Source: Spirochaetia bacterium (GTDB lineage: Bacteria; Spirochaetota; Spirochaetia; SZUA-6; Bin103). Taken from it: a DNA stretch of 64,000 bases. The position numbers were made by a program, and so were the translations under genes. Numbering within the stretch: the first letter of the stretch is position 1; the number at the start of each line of letters is the position of its first letter. Shown one piece after another: positions 48,475-57,531 of the stretch. The stretch spans positions 4,160,001-4,224,000 of the forward strand of contig OZ241863.1 in the NCBI GenBank assembly GCA_965203055.1. Reading direction: 5' to 3'. Under the pieces are notes generated by a model, which saw only the letters and a list, made by a program, of their open reading frames with translations, did no database searches and was not told the DNA's origin.

Positions 48475-49557
48475 ATGACCAAACGGTTGCTGACGCTGGC
48501 GCTGCTGATCGGCGCGCTGGCCGGGTTCTCCGCGGGTGCGGAAGAAAAGCTCACCATGGTGTCCTGGGGCGGCGCGTACGGCCGCGCCACCCGGCTGGCG
48601 CTGCTGGAGCCGTTCGCGGCCGCCAGCGGGGTCGCCGCAAGCATGGACGACTTCAACGGCGGCCTGGCCGAGATTCGCGCGCAGGTCGAAACCGGCAACG
48701 TGCATTGGGACGTGGTGGACCTGGAGTCGTCCGACGCGGTGCGCGGCTGCGACGAAGGGCTGCTGGAGGTGATCCCGCCGGCGGCGGCGTTCCCGGCTGA
48801 GGACAGCGCCCGGGCGGCGCAGGACTTCCTGCCCGGGATGCTGTCCGAGTGCGGCGTCGGGTTGATAGTATACAGCACCATCTACGCCTATCGGACCGAT
48901 CGCTTCGCGGGTGAGGCGCCCGCCACCATGGCCGACTTCTTCGACCTGGACCGGTTTCCGGGCCGGCGCGGCCTGCGGCGTTCGCCGTACGGCAACCTGG
49001 AGTTCGCGCTGGTAGCCGACGGGGTACCGGTAGACGAGGTGTATGAGACCCTGAGCGCTCCCGGCGGCGTGGAGCGCGCGTTTCGCAAGCTGGATACGAT
49101 CAAGGAGCACGTCGTGTGGTGGGAGGCCGGCGCCCAGCCGCCGCAGATGCTGGCCGACGGCGAGGTGGTCATGACTACCGCCTACAACGGCCGCATCTTC
49201 GACGCCCAGGTGGTGGAGCAGCAGCCGTTCCGGATCGTCTGGGATGGTCAGATCCTGGATCATTCCCAGCTCGCGATCGTCGCCGGGGCGCCGAATCTGG
49301 ACGCGGCGTTCGACTTCATCGCGTTTGCGGCGCGCCCGGAATCGATGGCCGGGATGAGCCGCTACATCTCCTACAGCCCGGCGCGGCGTTCGGCGCAGCG
49401 CCTGGTGAGCACTCACCTCGAGACCGGGGTCGAGATGGCGCCGCACCTGCCGGTCTCTCCGGCCCGCGTGGAGCGGTCGGTGTTTACCGACTGGACCTGG
49501 TGGGCGGATTACGGCGACGAGGTGAGCGAGCGCTTCGGAGCGTGGCTGGCGCGGTGA
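48475..49557 (+). CDS. Polyamine-type ABC substrate-binding protein
   Basis: Signal peptide, SWGGAY, FPGRRGLR, AYNGR. Confidence 0.88.
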   Translation: MTKRLLTLALLIGALAGFSAGAEEKLTMVSWGGAYGRATRLALLEPFAAASGVAASMDDFNGGLAEIRAQVETGNVHWDVVDLESSDAVRGCDEGLLEVIPPAAAFPAEDSARAAQDFLPGMLSECGVGLIVYSTIYAYRTDRFAGEAPATMADFFDLDRFPGRRGLRRSPYGNLEFALVADGVPVDEVYETLSAPGGVERAFRKLDTIKEHVVWWEAGAQPPQMLADGEVVMTTAYNGRIFDAQVVEQQPFRIVWDGQILDHSQLAIVAGAPNLDAAFDFIAFAARPESMAGMSRYISYSPARRSAQRLVSTHLETGVEMAPHLPVSPARVERSVFTDWTWWADYGDEVSERFGAWLAR

Positions 49558-50738
49558 CCGGCGCCCGGCTGCGGGCGGCCGCGCTGGTGGCGCCGCTGGC
49601 GGCCTTCATCGCGGTAACGTTCCTGGCGCCGCTGGCCACCATGCTGGTGCGCAGCGTCTACGACCCGGTGGTCGGCGACGCGCTGCCGGACACCCTGGCG
49701 CTGCTGCGCGGCTGGGACGGAACCGGCGCCCCGCCGGAGGCGGCGTTCGCCGCCGCTGCGCGGGAGCTGGTTGCCGCGCGCGAGCAGCGCACGCTGGGCC
49801 AGGTGGCGACGCGCGTGAACCGCGTGCAGGCGGGGCTGCGCAGCGTCTTCACCCGCAGCGTGCGCCGGCTGCGCGGGGCGGAAGCCGATTCCTGGCAGGC
49901 GGCGATGGTGGCGGCCGACGCCGCCTGGGGCGAGGCCGCCACTTGGCGGGCGCTGCAGCGCGCCGGCCAGCGCTGGACGCTGCGCCACTACTTGAACGCG
50001 GTCGACCGCGACCGCGCCGCGGATGGCAGCGTGGTCCGCCAGCCGGAGGAGCGGCGCATCTATCTGCAGCTCTTTTGGCGCACCCTGCAGGTCAGCGTCG
50101 CCGTCACCGCGCTGTGCCTGCTGTTGGGCTATCCGCTGGCCTACCTGATCGCCCACGCGCCGCCGCGCCGCGCCGCGCTGCTGCTGGTGGCCGTGCTGCT
50201 GCCGTTCTGGACCTCGCTGCTGGTGCGCACGACGGCGTGGATCGTGCTGCTGCAGACCCAGGGGGTGATCAACGACCTGCTGGTGGGGCTGGGGCTGGTC
50301 GGCGACGACCGGCGGCTGGAACTGGTCTACAACATGACCGGCACGCTGATCGCCATGACCCACGTGCTGCTGCCGTTCATGGTGCTGTCGCTCTTTTCGG
50401 TGATGCGCACCATCAATCCGTGGTATCTGCGCGCCGCGGCGTCGCTCGGCGCCGGGCCGGTGCAGGCGTTTTGGCGCGTCTACTGGCCGCAATCGCTCCC
50501 CGGGGTCGGCGCCGGGGCGCTCCTGGTGTTCATCATGGCGCTCGGCTACTACATCACCCCGGCGCTGGTCGGCGGGCGCAGCGGGCAACTGATCTCCAAT
50601 CTGATCGCCTACCACATGCAGGAGTCCCTCAATTGGGGATTGGCCGCGGCGTTGGGCGCCATTCTGCTGCTGTGCGTGTTGCTGCTGTACGTCGTGTATG
50701 ACCGCGTGGTCGGCATCAACCGGCTGCGCCTGGGCTGA
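49554..50738 (+). CDS. ABC permease (PotB-like)
   Basis: LPFWTSLLVRTTAW, LPFMVL, AAASLGA. Confidence 0.88.
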   Translation: MTGARLRAAALVAPLAAFIAVTFLAPLATMLVRSVYDPVVGDALPDTLALLRGWDGTGAPPEAAFAAAARELVAAREQRTLGQVATRVNRVQAGLRSVFTRSVRRLRGAEADSWQAAMVAADAAWGEAATWRALQRAGQRWTLRHYLNAVDRDRAADGSVVRQPEERRIYLQLFWRTLQVSVAVTALCLLLGYPLAYLIAHAPPRRAALLLVAVLLPFWTSLLVRTTAWIVLLQTQGVINDLLVGLGLVGDDRRLELVYNMTGTLIAMTHVLLPFMVLSLFSVMRTINPWYLRAAASLGAGPVQAFWRVYWPQSLPGVGAGALLVFIMALGYYITPALVGGRSGQLISNLIAYHMQESLNWGLAAALGAILLLCVLLLYVVYDRVVGINRLRLG

Positions 50739-50741
50739 CCG

Positions 50742-51581
50742 ATGCCGCCCCAAGGAACCGGCGAACGCGCCGGCCGAGTCTTGTTCCTGGCGTTCTGCGC
50801 CGCGGTGCTGCTGTTCCTGATCGCGCCGGTCCTGGTAGTGGTGCCGCTCAGCTTCAACGCCCAACCCTACTTCACCTTCACCGAGGGGATGCTGCGGCTG
50901 GCTCCCGAGGCCTACTCGCTGCGCTGGTATCAGGCGGTGGCCGGCGACGCCGAGTGGCGGCTGGCGCTGGTGAACAGCATTACCATCGGCGTCTCCGCGA
51001 CGCTGCTCACCACCCTGCTCGGGACTCTGGCCGCGCTCGGGCTGGCGCACCCCGCCATGCCGGGCCGGACCTTGGTTACCGGGCTGCTGATCTCGCCGCT
51101 GGTTACGCCGCTGATCATCTCGGCGGTGGGGATGTTCTTCTTCTACTCCGACGTGGGGCTGGCGCAGAGCCACCTCGGGCTGATCCTGGCCCACACCGCG
51201 CTTGGCTCGCCGTTCGTGGTGATCACCGTCACCGCCACCCTGGCGGGCTTCGACCGCAACCTGCTGCGCGCCGCGGCCAGTCTCGGCGCCGGACCGCTCA
51301 CCGCGTTCCGCCGCATCCAACTGCCGCTCATTGCGCCGGGGGTGGTGTCGGGGGCGCTGTTCGCGTTCGCCACCTCGTTCGACGAGGTGGTCACGGTGCT
51401 GTTCATCGGCGGCCTGGAGCAGCGCACCATCCCGCGCCAGATGTGGTCCGGCATCCGCGAAGAGATCAGCCCGGCGATTCTGGCCGTGGCCACGTTCCTG
51501 TTCGGGTTCGCGCTGCTGTTCATGGTCACCGTGGAGTGGCTGCGGCAACGCGGCGCCGCGCGGCCGGCCGGAGCGGGCTAG
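50742..51581 (+). CDS. ABC permease (PotC-like)
   Basis: YSLRWY, AAASLGA, FATSFDEV. Confidence 0.88.
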   Translation: MPPQGTGERAGRVLFLAFCAAVLLFLIAPVLVVVPLSFNAQPYFTFTEGMLRLAPEAYSLRWYQAVAGDAEWRLALVNSITIGVSATLLTTLLGTLAALGLAHPAMPGRTLVTGLLISPLVTPLIISAVGMFFFYSDVGLAQSHLGLILAHTALGSPFVVITVTATLAGFDRNLLRAAASLGAGPLTAFRRIQLPLIAPGVVSGALFAFATSFDEVVTVLFIGGLEQRTIPRQMWSGIREEISPAILAVATFLFGFALLFMVTVEWLRQRGAARPAGAG

Positions 51582-51649
51582 GCCGGGCGGGCCGCCGGCG
51601 CCGCGGGCGCCGGTGGGCAGCGCGCCGCCGGGACCGGTATAGTGCGGCC

Positions 51650-52747
51650 ATGGAGCGGTTGCGGGTCGGGGTGATCGGTTGCGGCAAGATCAGCGGCGCC
51701 TACTTCAAGGGCTGCCGGGAGTTTCCGATTCTGGAGGTGGTCGCGTGCGCCGACCTGCTGCCGGACCGCGCCCGGGCGCAGGCCGCGCAGTTCGGCATCG
51801 CGCGCGCGTTGACGCCCGACGAGCTGCTGGCCGACCCGGCCGTGGAGTTGGTGATCAACCTCACCATTCCGGCCGCCCACCACGCGGTGTCGCGCGCGGC
51901 GATCGCCGCCGGCAAGCACGTGTGGAGCGAGAAGCCGCTGGCGGTGGAGCGCGCCGCGGGCGCCGACCTGGTGCGCGCCGCGGCCGCCGCGGGGGTGCTG
52001 CTGGGCTGCGCCCCGGACACCTTCCTGGGGGGCGGCCATCAGACCTGCCGCAAGCTGCTCGACGACGGCTGGATCGGTACCCCGCGGCACGCGGTTGCCT
52101 GCATGGCCGGTCCGGGGCACGAGAGCTGGCACCCCGACCCGGCGTTCTACTATCAGCCCGGCGGCGGACCGATGTTCGACATGGGCCCCTACTACCTGAC
52201 TTGTCTGGTGCAGCTCCTGGGGCCGGTGCGCAGCGTCACCGGGCTCACCTGCGTCACCCGCCCCGAGCGCCTCATCACCAGCGAACCGCGCCGCGGCGAG
52301 CGCATCACGGTCGAGGTGCCGACCCACGTGCAGGGCCTGCTGCAATTTGCCGGCGGCGCCCAGGCCGCGATCATTACCAGCTTCGACGTGCAGGCGCACC
52401 GCCTGCCGCGCCTGGAGATCTACGGCAGCGAGGGAACGCTGGCGGTGCCCGATCCGAACGGGCCGGGGGGACCGGTAGCCCTGGGCCGCAGCCGGGAGCA
52501 GTGGGAACAGGTGCCGCTGAGCCACGGCTACACCGCGGCCAGCCGCGGGATCGGCGTGGCGGACATGGCCTTTGCGCTGCGCCGCGGGCGCCCGCCGCGC
52601 GCCGGCGGCGCGCTGGCGCTGCACGTGCTGGACATCATGCATGCGATTCACGAAGCCGCCGCCGGCGGCCGCCGGGTGGAGCTGGGCACTACCTGCGAAC
52701 GCCCCGCGGCGTTGCCCCTGGGCCTGCCGCACGGCGAACTGGACTGA
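51650..52747 (+). CDS. Gfo/Idh/MocA oxidoreductase
   Basis: VGVIGCGKIS, GKHVWSEKPL, GGGPMFDMGPYY. Confidence 0.9.
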   Translation: MERLRVGVIGCGKISGAYFKGCREFPILEVVACADLLPDRARAQAAQFGIARALTPDELLADPAVELVINLTIPAAHHAVSRAAIAAGKHVWSEKPLAVERAAGADLVRAAAAAGVLLGCAPDTFLGGGHQTCRKLLDDGWIGTPRHAVACMAGPGHESWHPDPAFYYQPGGGPMFDMGPYYLTCLVQLLGPVRSVTGLTCVTRPERLITSEPRRGERITVEVPTHVQGLLQFAGGAQAAIITSFDVQAHRLPRLEIYGSEGTLAVPDPNGPGGPVALGRSREQWEQVPLSHGYTAASRGIGVADMAFALRRGRPPRAGGALALHVLDIMHAIHEAAAGGRRVELGTTCERPAALPLGLPHGELD

Positions 52748-52805
52748 CCTGACTGACAGATCATGCTGGTTGACCCGAAGCGTTCGGAGCGCGCAGCATA
52801 GGGCG

Positions 52806-53474
52806 ATGGCGGCGAACACGATCGATACGGTCGAAGACCTCATCCGCGTGCTGGACGCCAACCCGGTGTGGCTGGAAGCGTTGCGCGCCCGGCTGCTGAC
52901 GCGCGAGCTGCTCGAGTTGCCGCAGAAACTCGCCGCCTTCGCCGCGGCTACCGAGCGCCGGTTCGAAGCGGTTGACCGCCGGTTCGAAGCGGTTGACCGC
53001 CGGTTCGAAGCGGTTGACCGGCGATTCGAACAGCTCCTGATAGACATCGCCCCGATCAAGGCCGCGCACGCTCGCCAGGCGGCGCTGCGGGAGGCCGACC
53101 TGATCGCGGAGGAGAACGGCCTGACGTTCATCCGCCTGGTCGATGGTATGCAGCTCGCGGAACTGGCCCGGTCCGACGCCGCAGCCGGCATTGCGACGAA
53201 CGAGTTGCGCAGCTTCCGGCGCGCGGACCTGATAGCGGAATGCCGCGCCGGTACCGGGGAAACGTGCTACCTGGCGGCTGAAATCTCGTTCACCGCAAAC
53301 GGGCGCGACACCACCCGGGCGATTCGCAATGCGGCGCTGCTGACGCGGGTCACGGGCCGGCCCGCCCGGGCGGTGGTGGCCGGTCTGAGATACGACGAAC
53401 GTATTCGCGGGCGGCTGCAGGCCGGCGAGGTGGCCTGGTACCAACTGGACCCGCACGCGCTGGAAGTGGAGTAG
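52806..53474 (+). CDS. Hypothetical protein with heptad repeats and PD-(D/E)XK-like C-terminus
   Basis: (RRFEAVD)x3 encoded by three exact 21-bp copies at 52956-53018; ADLIA...YLAAEIS. Confidence 0.65.
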   Translation: MAANTIDTVEDLIRVLDANPVWLEALRARLLTRELLELPQKLAAFAAATERRFEAVDRRFEAVDRRFEAVDRRFEQLLIDIAPIKAAHARQAALREADLIAEENGLTFIRLVDGMQLAELARSDAAAGIATNELRSFRRADLIAECRAGTGETCYLAAEISFTANGRDTTRAIRNAALLTRVTGRPARAVVAGLRYDERIRGRLQAGEVAWYQLDPHALEVE

Positions 53475-53499
53475 GCGGCGGAAACGCCGCGAGCCGCGC

Positions 53500-54255
53500 C
53501 TACCCGCGCCAGGCCTGCTCGACTGCCTGCACGCACTCCGTGAGGGCCGGGACGGGGTTGGCCACGTCGCCCTCGTACTCGATGATCGCGGCGCCGGTGA
53601 AGCCCACCTCGCGGAGCGCGGCGACCAGTCCGGGAAGATCGAGGATGCCGGTGCCGATCACCACGTCCACCGGCTCGCGCTCGCGAGTGTAGACGAAGTC
53701 CTTGAGGTGGACGCCCAGCAGCCGGTCGCCGAAGCGGCGCGCCAGCTTGACCGGATCCTCGCGCGCATCGATCGCCCACGCCGTGTCCAGCATCAGCCCG
53801 ATGCGCGGGCCGGTGCGGCGGAACACCTCCTCCAGCATCTGCGCGTTGCCGAGCCAGTGGGCGCCGCCGTGGTTGTGCAGCGCGACGTTGACGTCGTACT
53901 GCTCGGCCAGCCGCTCGGCGGCGGCGAAGGTGTCCCAGGCGGCCGGCGGCGTGACGTCCGCGCTGAGCAGGGAGAAGCCGGCTTTCCGGGCGAAGCGGAA
54001 CGCCCCTTCCGCGGCGCTGCCGTCGCCGGCAATGGCGTTGACGCCGCAGCTCACCAGCTCCACGCCGGCGCCGCGGTAGGCGGCGAGCGCCGCGTCCTGC
54101 GCCGCGTCCGCGGCGAAGTCGACGTGGATGCCGCACGGCTCCAGGGCTCTGAGGCCGATCGCCTTGACCCTGGCGGCTACCTCTTCGTTGCTGCGAAATC
54201 CGCGAAAGCAAAAGCTCTGGACTGCGATCTTCTGTTGCAATGCCACGCCCGCCAT
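53500..54255 (-). CDS. Sugar phosphate isomerase/epimerase (TIM barrel)
   Basis: ALHNHG, LDTAW, VHLKD, IEYE. Confidence 0.85.
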   Translation of the reverse strand: MAGVALQQKIAVQSFCFRGFRSNEEVAARVKAIGLRALEPCGIHVDFAADAAQDAALAAYRGAGVELVSCGVNAIAGDGSAAEGAFRFARKAGFSLLSADVTPPAAWDTFAAAERLAEQYDVNVALHNHGGAHWLGNAQMLEEVFRRTGPRIGLMLDTAWAIDAREDPVKLARRFGDRLLGVHLKDFVYTREREPVDVVIGTGILDLPGLVAALREVGFTGAAIIEYEGDVANPVPALTECVQAVEQAWRG

Positions 54256-54375
54256 GGTAGCCGCGCGCCCGGCGGTTCCGCAACGCGCCGCGCCGCCCGG
54301 CGCGCTCGGCAGGGTTGTTGTGCGCCCGCGGCGATTGCCGGCACAGTCAGGGCACCTTCAGGCTGGTACCGTTCG

Positions 54376-56595
54376 ATGCCCGACTCCCATCACCACGATC
54401 TGTTTCAGGCCCGCGGCGCCGCCGAGCAGGAGGGCGGCGCGCCGCTGGCGGCCCGCATGCGCCCGCGCACGCTGGACGAGTTCGTCGGGCAGGGCCACAT
54501 CGTCGGCCCGGGCCGCCTGCTGCGCCGCGCCATTCAGGCAGATCAGCTCTCCTCGCTGATCTTCTACGGCCCGCCGGGAACCGGCAAGACCACGCTGGCG
54601 CAGGTGATCGCGGGCGCTACCCGGGCGCGCTTTACGGCGTTGAACGCCGTTCTGGCGGGAGTGAAGCAGCTCCGCGAGGCGATTCAAGCGGCGCGCGAGG
54701 CGCGCGACCTGCACGGCCGGCGCACCATCCTGTTCGTGGACGAGGTGCACCGCTGGAACAAGGCGCAGCAGGACGCGCTGCTGCCGTCGGTGGAGAACGG
54801 CACCATCATCCTCATCGGGGCCACCACCGAGAATCCCTACTTCGAGGTGATCAAGCCGCTGGTGAGCCGCAGCCGCATCTTTCAACTGCAGGCGCTGACG
54901 CGCGGCGATCTGGCGCGCGTGGCGCAGGCCGCGCTGGCCGACGCCGAGCGCGGGCTGGGCCGGTTCCGGGCCGAGGTAGCGGACGATGCCATGGAGCATC
55001 TGCTGAACGTCGCCAACGGCGATGCCCGCAGCCTGTTGAACGCCCTGGAGCTGGCGGTCACCACCACCCCGCCGGGCGCGGACCAAGTGGTGCGGGTGGA
55101 CCGGGCGGTGGCGGAGGAGTCGATCCAGCGCCGCGCCGTGCTGTACGACAAGGAGGGCGACGCCCACTACGACACCATCAGCGCCTTCATCAAGAGCGTG
55201 CGCGGCTCCGACCCGGACGCCGCCCTCTACTGGCTGGCGCGCATGGTGTACGCCGGCGAGGAGCCGCGCTACCTGTTGCGGCGCATGCTGGTGCTGGCGG
55301 CGGAGGACGTGGGGATGGCCGATCCGGCCGCGGTCGGGGTGGTCACCGCCTGCGCCGCCGCGTTCGACTACGTCGGCCTGCCGGAAGGCCGCTTCCACCT
55401 CGCCGAAGCGGCGCTCTATCTCGCCACGGCGCCCAAGAGCAACAGCGCGCTGGGGTTCTTCGACGCCCTGAACGCGGTCGCCGCCGAGCGCGAGGCGGCG
55501 GTGCCGTCGCCGCTGCGCGACGCCAACCGCGACGCCGAGGGCTTCGGCCATGGCGCCGGCTACCGCTACCCCCACGCCTACGGCGACCACTGGGTGGCGC
55601 AGCAGTATCTGCCCCGCGAACTGCAGGGGCGGGTGTTCTATCAGCCGGGCGAGGCGGGTCGCGAGGCCGCCCTGCGCGTGCCGGTGGCGCGCCGCCGGGA
55701 GGCCAACCTGGCGGCCGCCTGGGAGAGCGCGGCCGAGGGAGATGGCGGCGAGATTCTGACCAACGCCGGCCGCGGGCTGCAGCGGGATCTCGACCGTTGG
55801 CTCGAACGTTCCCTCTCCGGCGCCGCCGGACGGCTTGCCGGCGACCGCGACCGGATCATGGCCGCGGCGCAGTTGCAGCGCCACAGCGTGGTCCTCGACC
55901 TGGCGCTCGGCAGCGGCCTGCTCACGTTCGAACTGCTGCGCCGGTGCGCGGAGGGCGGCGTGTGGGCGCTCGCCCCGCCCGCGGCCGCCGGCGTGCAGGC
56001 GCAACTGGAGGCGCTGCCCGAGAGCCTGCGGCCCGCCCTGGCAGGCGCGCCGGCCGAGGTGCCGCCCGAGATCCGCTTCGACGCCGTGGTCGGCCGCAAC
56101 GTGTGGCGCGCGGGCGGCGCGGCGCTGGTGGCCGCGGCGGGCGCGCGGCTGGCGGCCGGCGGGCGGCTGGCGCTGGCCGAAACGCTGCCGGAACGGGCGC
56201 CGCGGCTGCACGAGGCGTTCGACCTCGGCGTGCTGGACGCCGCCGCCCGCGCCGCGGTCATCGCCGCGGAGGAGGAGCACTACCGCTCGCGCACCCCGCT
56301 GACCGAGGCCGCGGTCAGCGCCGCGCTGGCGCCGCAGTTCGCTGCGCCCGCCGCGGAGGTGGTAACGCAGCCCGCGCGGCTGGCCGTCACCCGCACCCTG
56401 GTGGAGCGCTGGTTCCCGGCCGCCGCCGCCTCCTCCGGCGCGTCGTCCGGCGACTCGTACGCCGCGCTGCTGCGGCGCGCCGAGGTGCCGGACGACGCGG
56501 TCGGCGCCCTGCGCCGGCAGTTGGAGCGCCGGCTCGGGTCGGCGCTGGAGTGGCAGGCGTCCACCATGTTCATCACCGCCACCCGCAACGGGTAG
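54376..56595 (+). CDS. rarA: RarA/MgsA AAA+ ATPase with C-terminal methyltransferase-like extension
   Basis: PLAARMRP, GPPGTGKT, FVDEVHR, GATTENP, SAFIKSVRGSDPDA, YRYPH; extra domain with VLDLALGSG. Confidence 0.88.
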   Translation: MPDSHHHDLFQARGAAEQEGGAPLAARMRPRTLDEFVGQGHIVGPGRLLRRAIQADQLSSLIFYGPPGTGKTTLAQVIAGATRARFTALNAVLAGVKQLREAIQAAREARDLHGRRTILFVDEVHRWNKAQQDALLPSVENGTIILIGATTENPYFEVIKPLVSRSRIFQLQALTRGDLARVAQAALADAERGLGRFRAEVADDAMEHLLNVANGDARSLLNALELAVTTTPPGADQVVRVDRAVAEESIQRRAVLYDKEGDAHYDTISAFIKSVRGSDPDAALYWLARMVYAGEEPRYLLRRMLVLAAEDVGMADPAAVGVVTACAAAFDYVGLPEGRFHLAEAALYLATAPKSNSALGFFDALNAVAAEREAAVPSPLRDANRDAEGFGHGAGYRYPHAYGDHWVAQQYLPRELQGRVFYQPGEAGREAALRVPVARRREANLAAAWESAAEGDGGEILTNAGRGLQRDLDRWLERSLSGAAGRLAGDRDRIMAAAQLQRHSVVLDLALGSGLLTFELLRRCAEGGVWALAPPAAAGVQAQLEALPESLRPALAGAPAEVPPEIRFDAVVGRNVWRAGGAALVAAAGARLAAGGRLALAETLPERAPRLHEAFDLGVLDAAARAAVIAAEEEHYRSRTPLTEAAVSAALAPQFAAPAAEVVTQPARLAVTRTLVERWFPAAAASSGASSGDSYAALLRRAEVPDDAVGALRRQLERRLGSALEWQASTMFITATRNG

Positions 56596-56627
56596 TCGCC
56601 GCCGGACTGCCGGTTGCGCAACCTCAA

Positions 56628-56906
56628 TCAGGGCCGCGTCAGTGCGGACCAGTTTATGCCGGCGCCGGCGGCCTGCGCCAGATCGGCTTCTCCGAGCTCG
56701 GCGGAGGGCGGCAGGACCAAGTGACTGGTAGTCGCCGTGTCCTGGTGCACCTCGACGTTGAACTCGGAGGGCACGGTGAGGCCGGTTTCCGCCTCGATCG
56801 CGGCCTTGGGTTCCGCTACCAGTTGGTTGCGAAACTCGCTGTCCGCGGTCGCCTTGTCGATCAGGTGCTGGCGCAGAGCACTGACGGTCATCGTCTTTTC
56901 TCCCAT
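56628..56906 (-). CDS. NHLP-leader RiPP precursor 1 (core GINWSALTRP)
   Basis: LIDKATADSEFRNQLVAEPKAAI...HLVLP...ELGEADLAQAAGA; RBS GAGGAGAGG. Confidence 0.85.
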   Translation of the reverse strand: MGEKTMTVSALRQHLIDKATADSEFRNQLVAEPKAAIEAETGLTVPSEFNVEVHQDTATTSHLVLPPSAELGEADLAQAAGAGINWSALTRP

Positions 56907-57312
56907 GTTCCTCTCCTCGGTAATCTCAACAACAGGGCCGCCCTACCCTGGCCGGCCGCTTCACTCCCCTGTTCGGCATGGATGAGGCGTCACCAATCAA
57001 GCGAGATATCTCCCATACCTCCACCGCCACCGCCCGGTACGGACCAGTCGATGCCGCCGGCGGCCTGCGCCAGATCGGCTTCCCCGAGCTCGGCGGAGGG
57101 CGGCAGGACCAGGTGACTGGTAGTCGCCGTGTCCTGGTGCACCTCGACGTTGAACTCGGAGGGCACGGTGAGGCCGGTTTCCGCCTCGATCGCGGCCTTG
57201 GGTTCCGCTACCAGCTGGTTGCGAAACTCGCTGTCCGCGGTCGCCTTGTCGATCAGGTGCTGGCGCAGAGCACTGACGGTCATCGTCTTTTCGCCCATGT
57301 TCCTCTCCTCGG
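56663..57312. repeat. 258-bp direct repeat (56663-56920 and 57055-57312)
   Basis: Direct comparison shows 4 substitutions, all synonymous. Confidence 0.92.
56990..57298 (-). CDS. NHLP-leader RiPP precursor 2 (core IDWSVPGGGGGGMGDISLDW)
   Basis: Same leader as precursor 1, ending AAGG (double-Gly); same RBS. Confidence 0.85.
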   Translation of the reverse strand: MGEKTMTVSALRQHLIDKATADSEFRNQLVAEPKAAIEAETGLTVPSEFNVEVHQDTATTSHLVLPPSAELGEADLAQAAGGIDWSVPGGGGGGMGDISLDW

Positions 57313-57531
57313 CAGCTCACGCGACCTCGCTCCCCGCAAGACTGCGTGCTGCTCACTAGGTCATCACATCGTAGCAGGTCCGCCGGCCAGGTTCAAGCCT
57401 TCGCGCCGCGGATACGGGTTATCAGGAATTTCCGTGGCGGTCTTGCCTCCGGGCGCTCCCGGCGCTCCGGGCGCGCCGCGGCTTGATACCCGCGCCGCGG
57501 GTGCGGTAGGGTAGCCGCGGAGGCAGAAACA

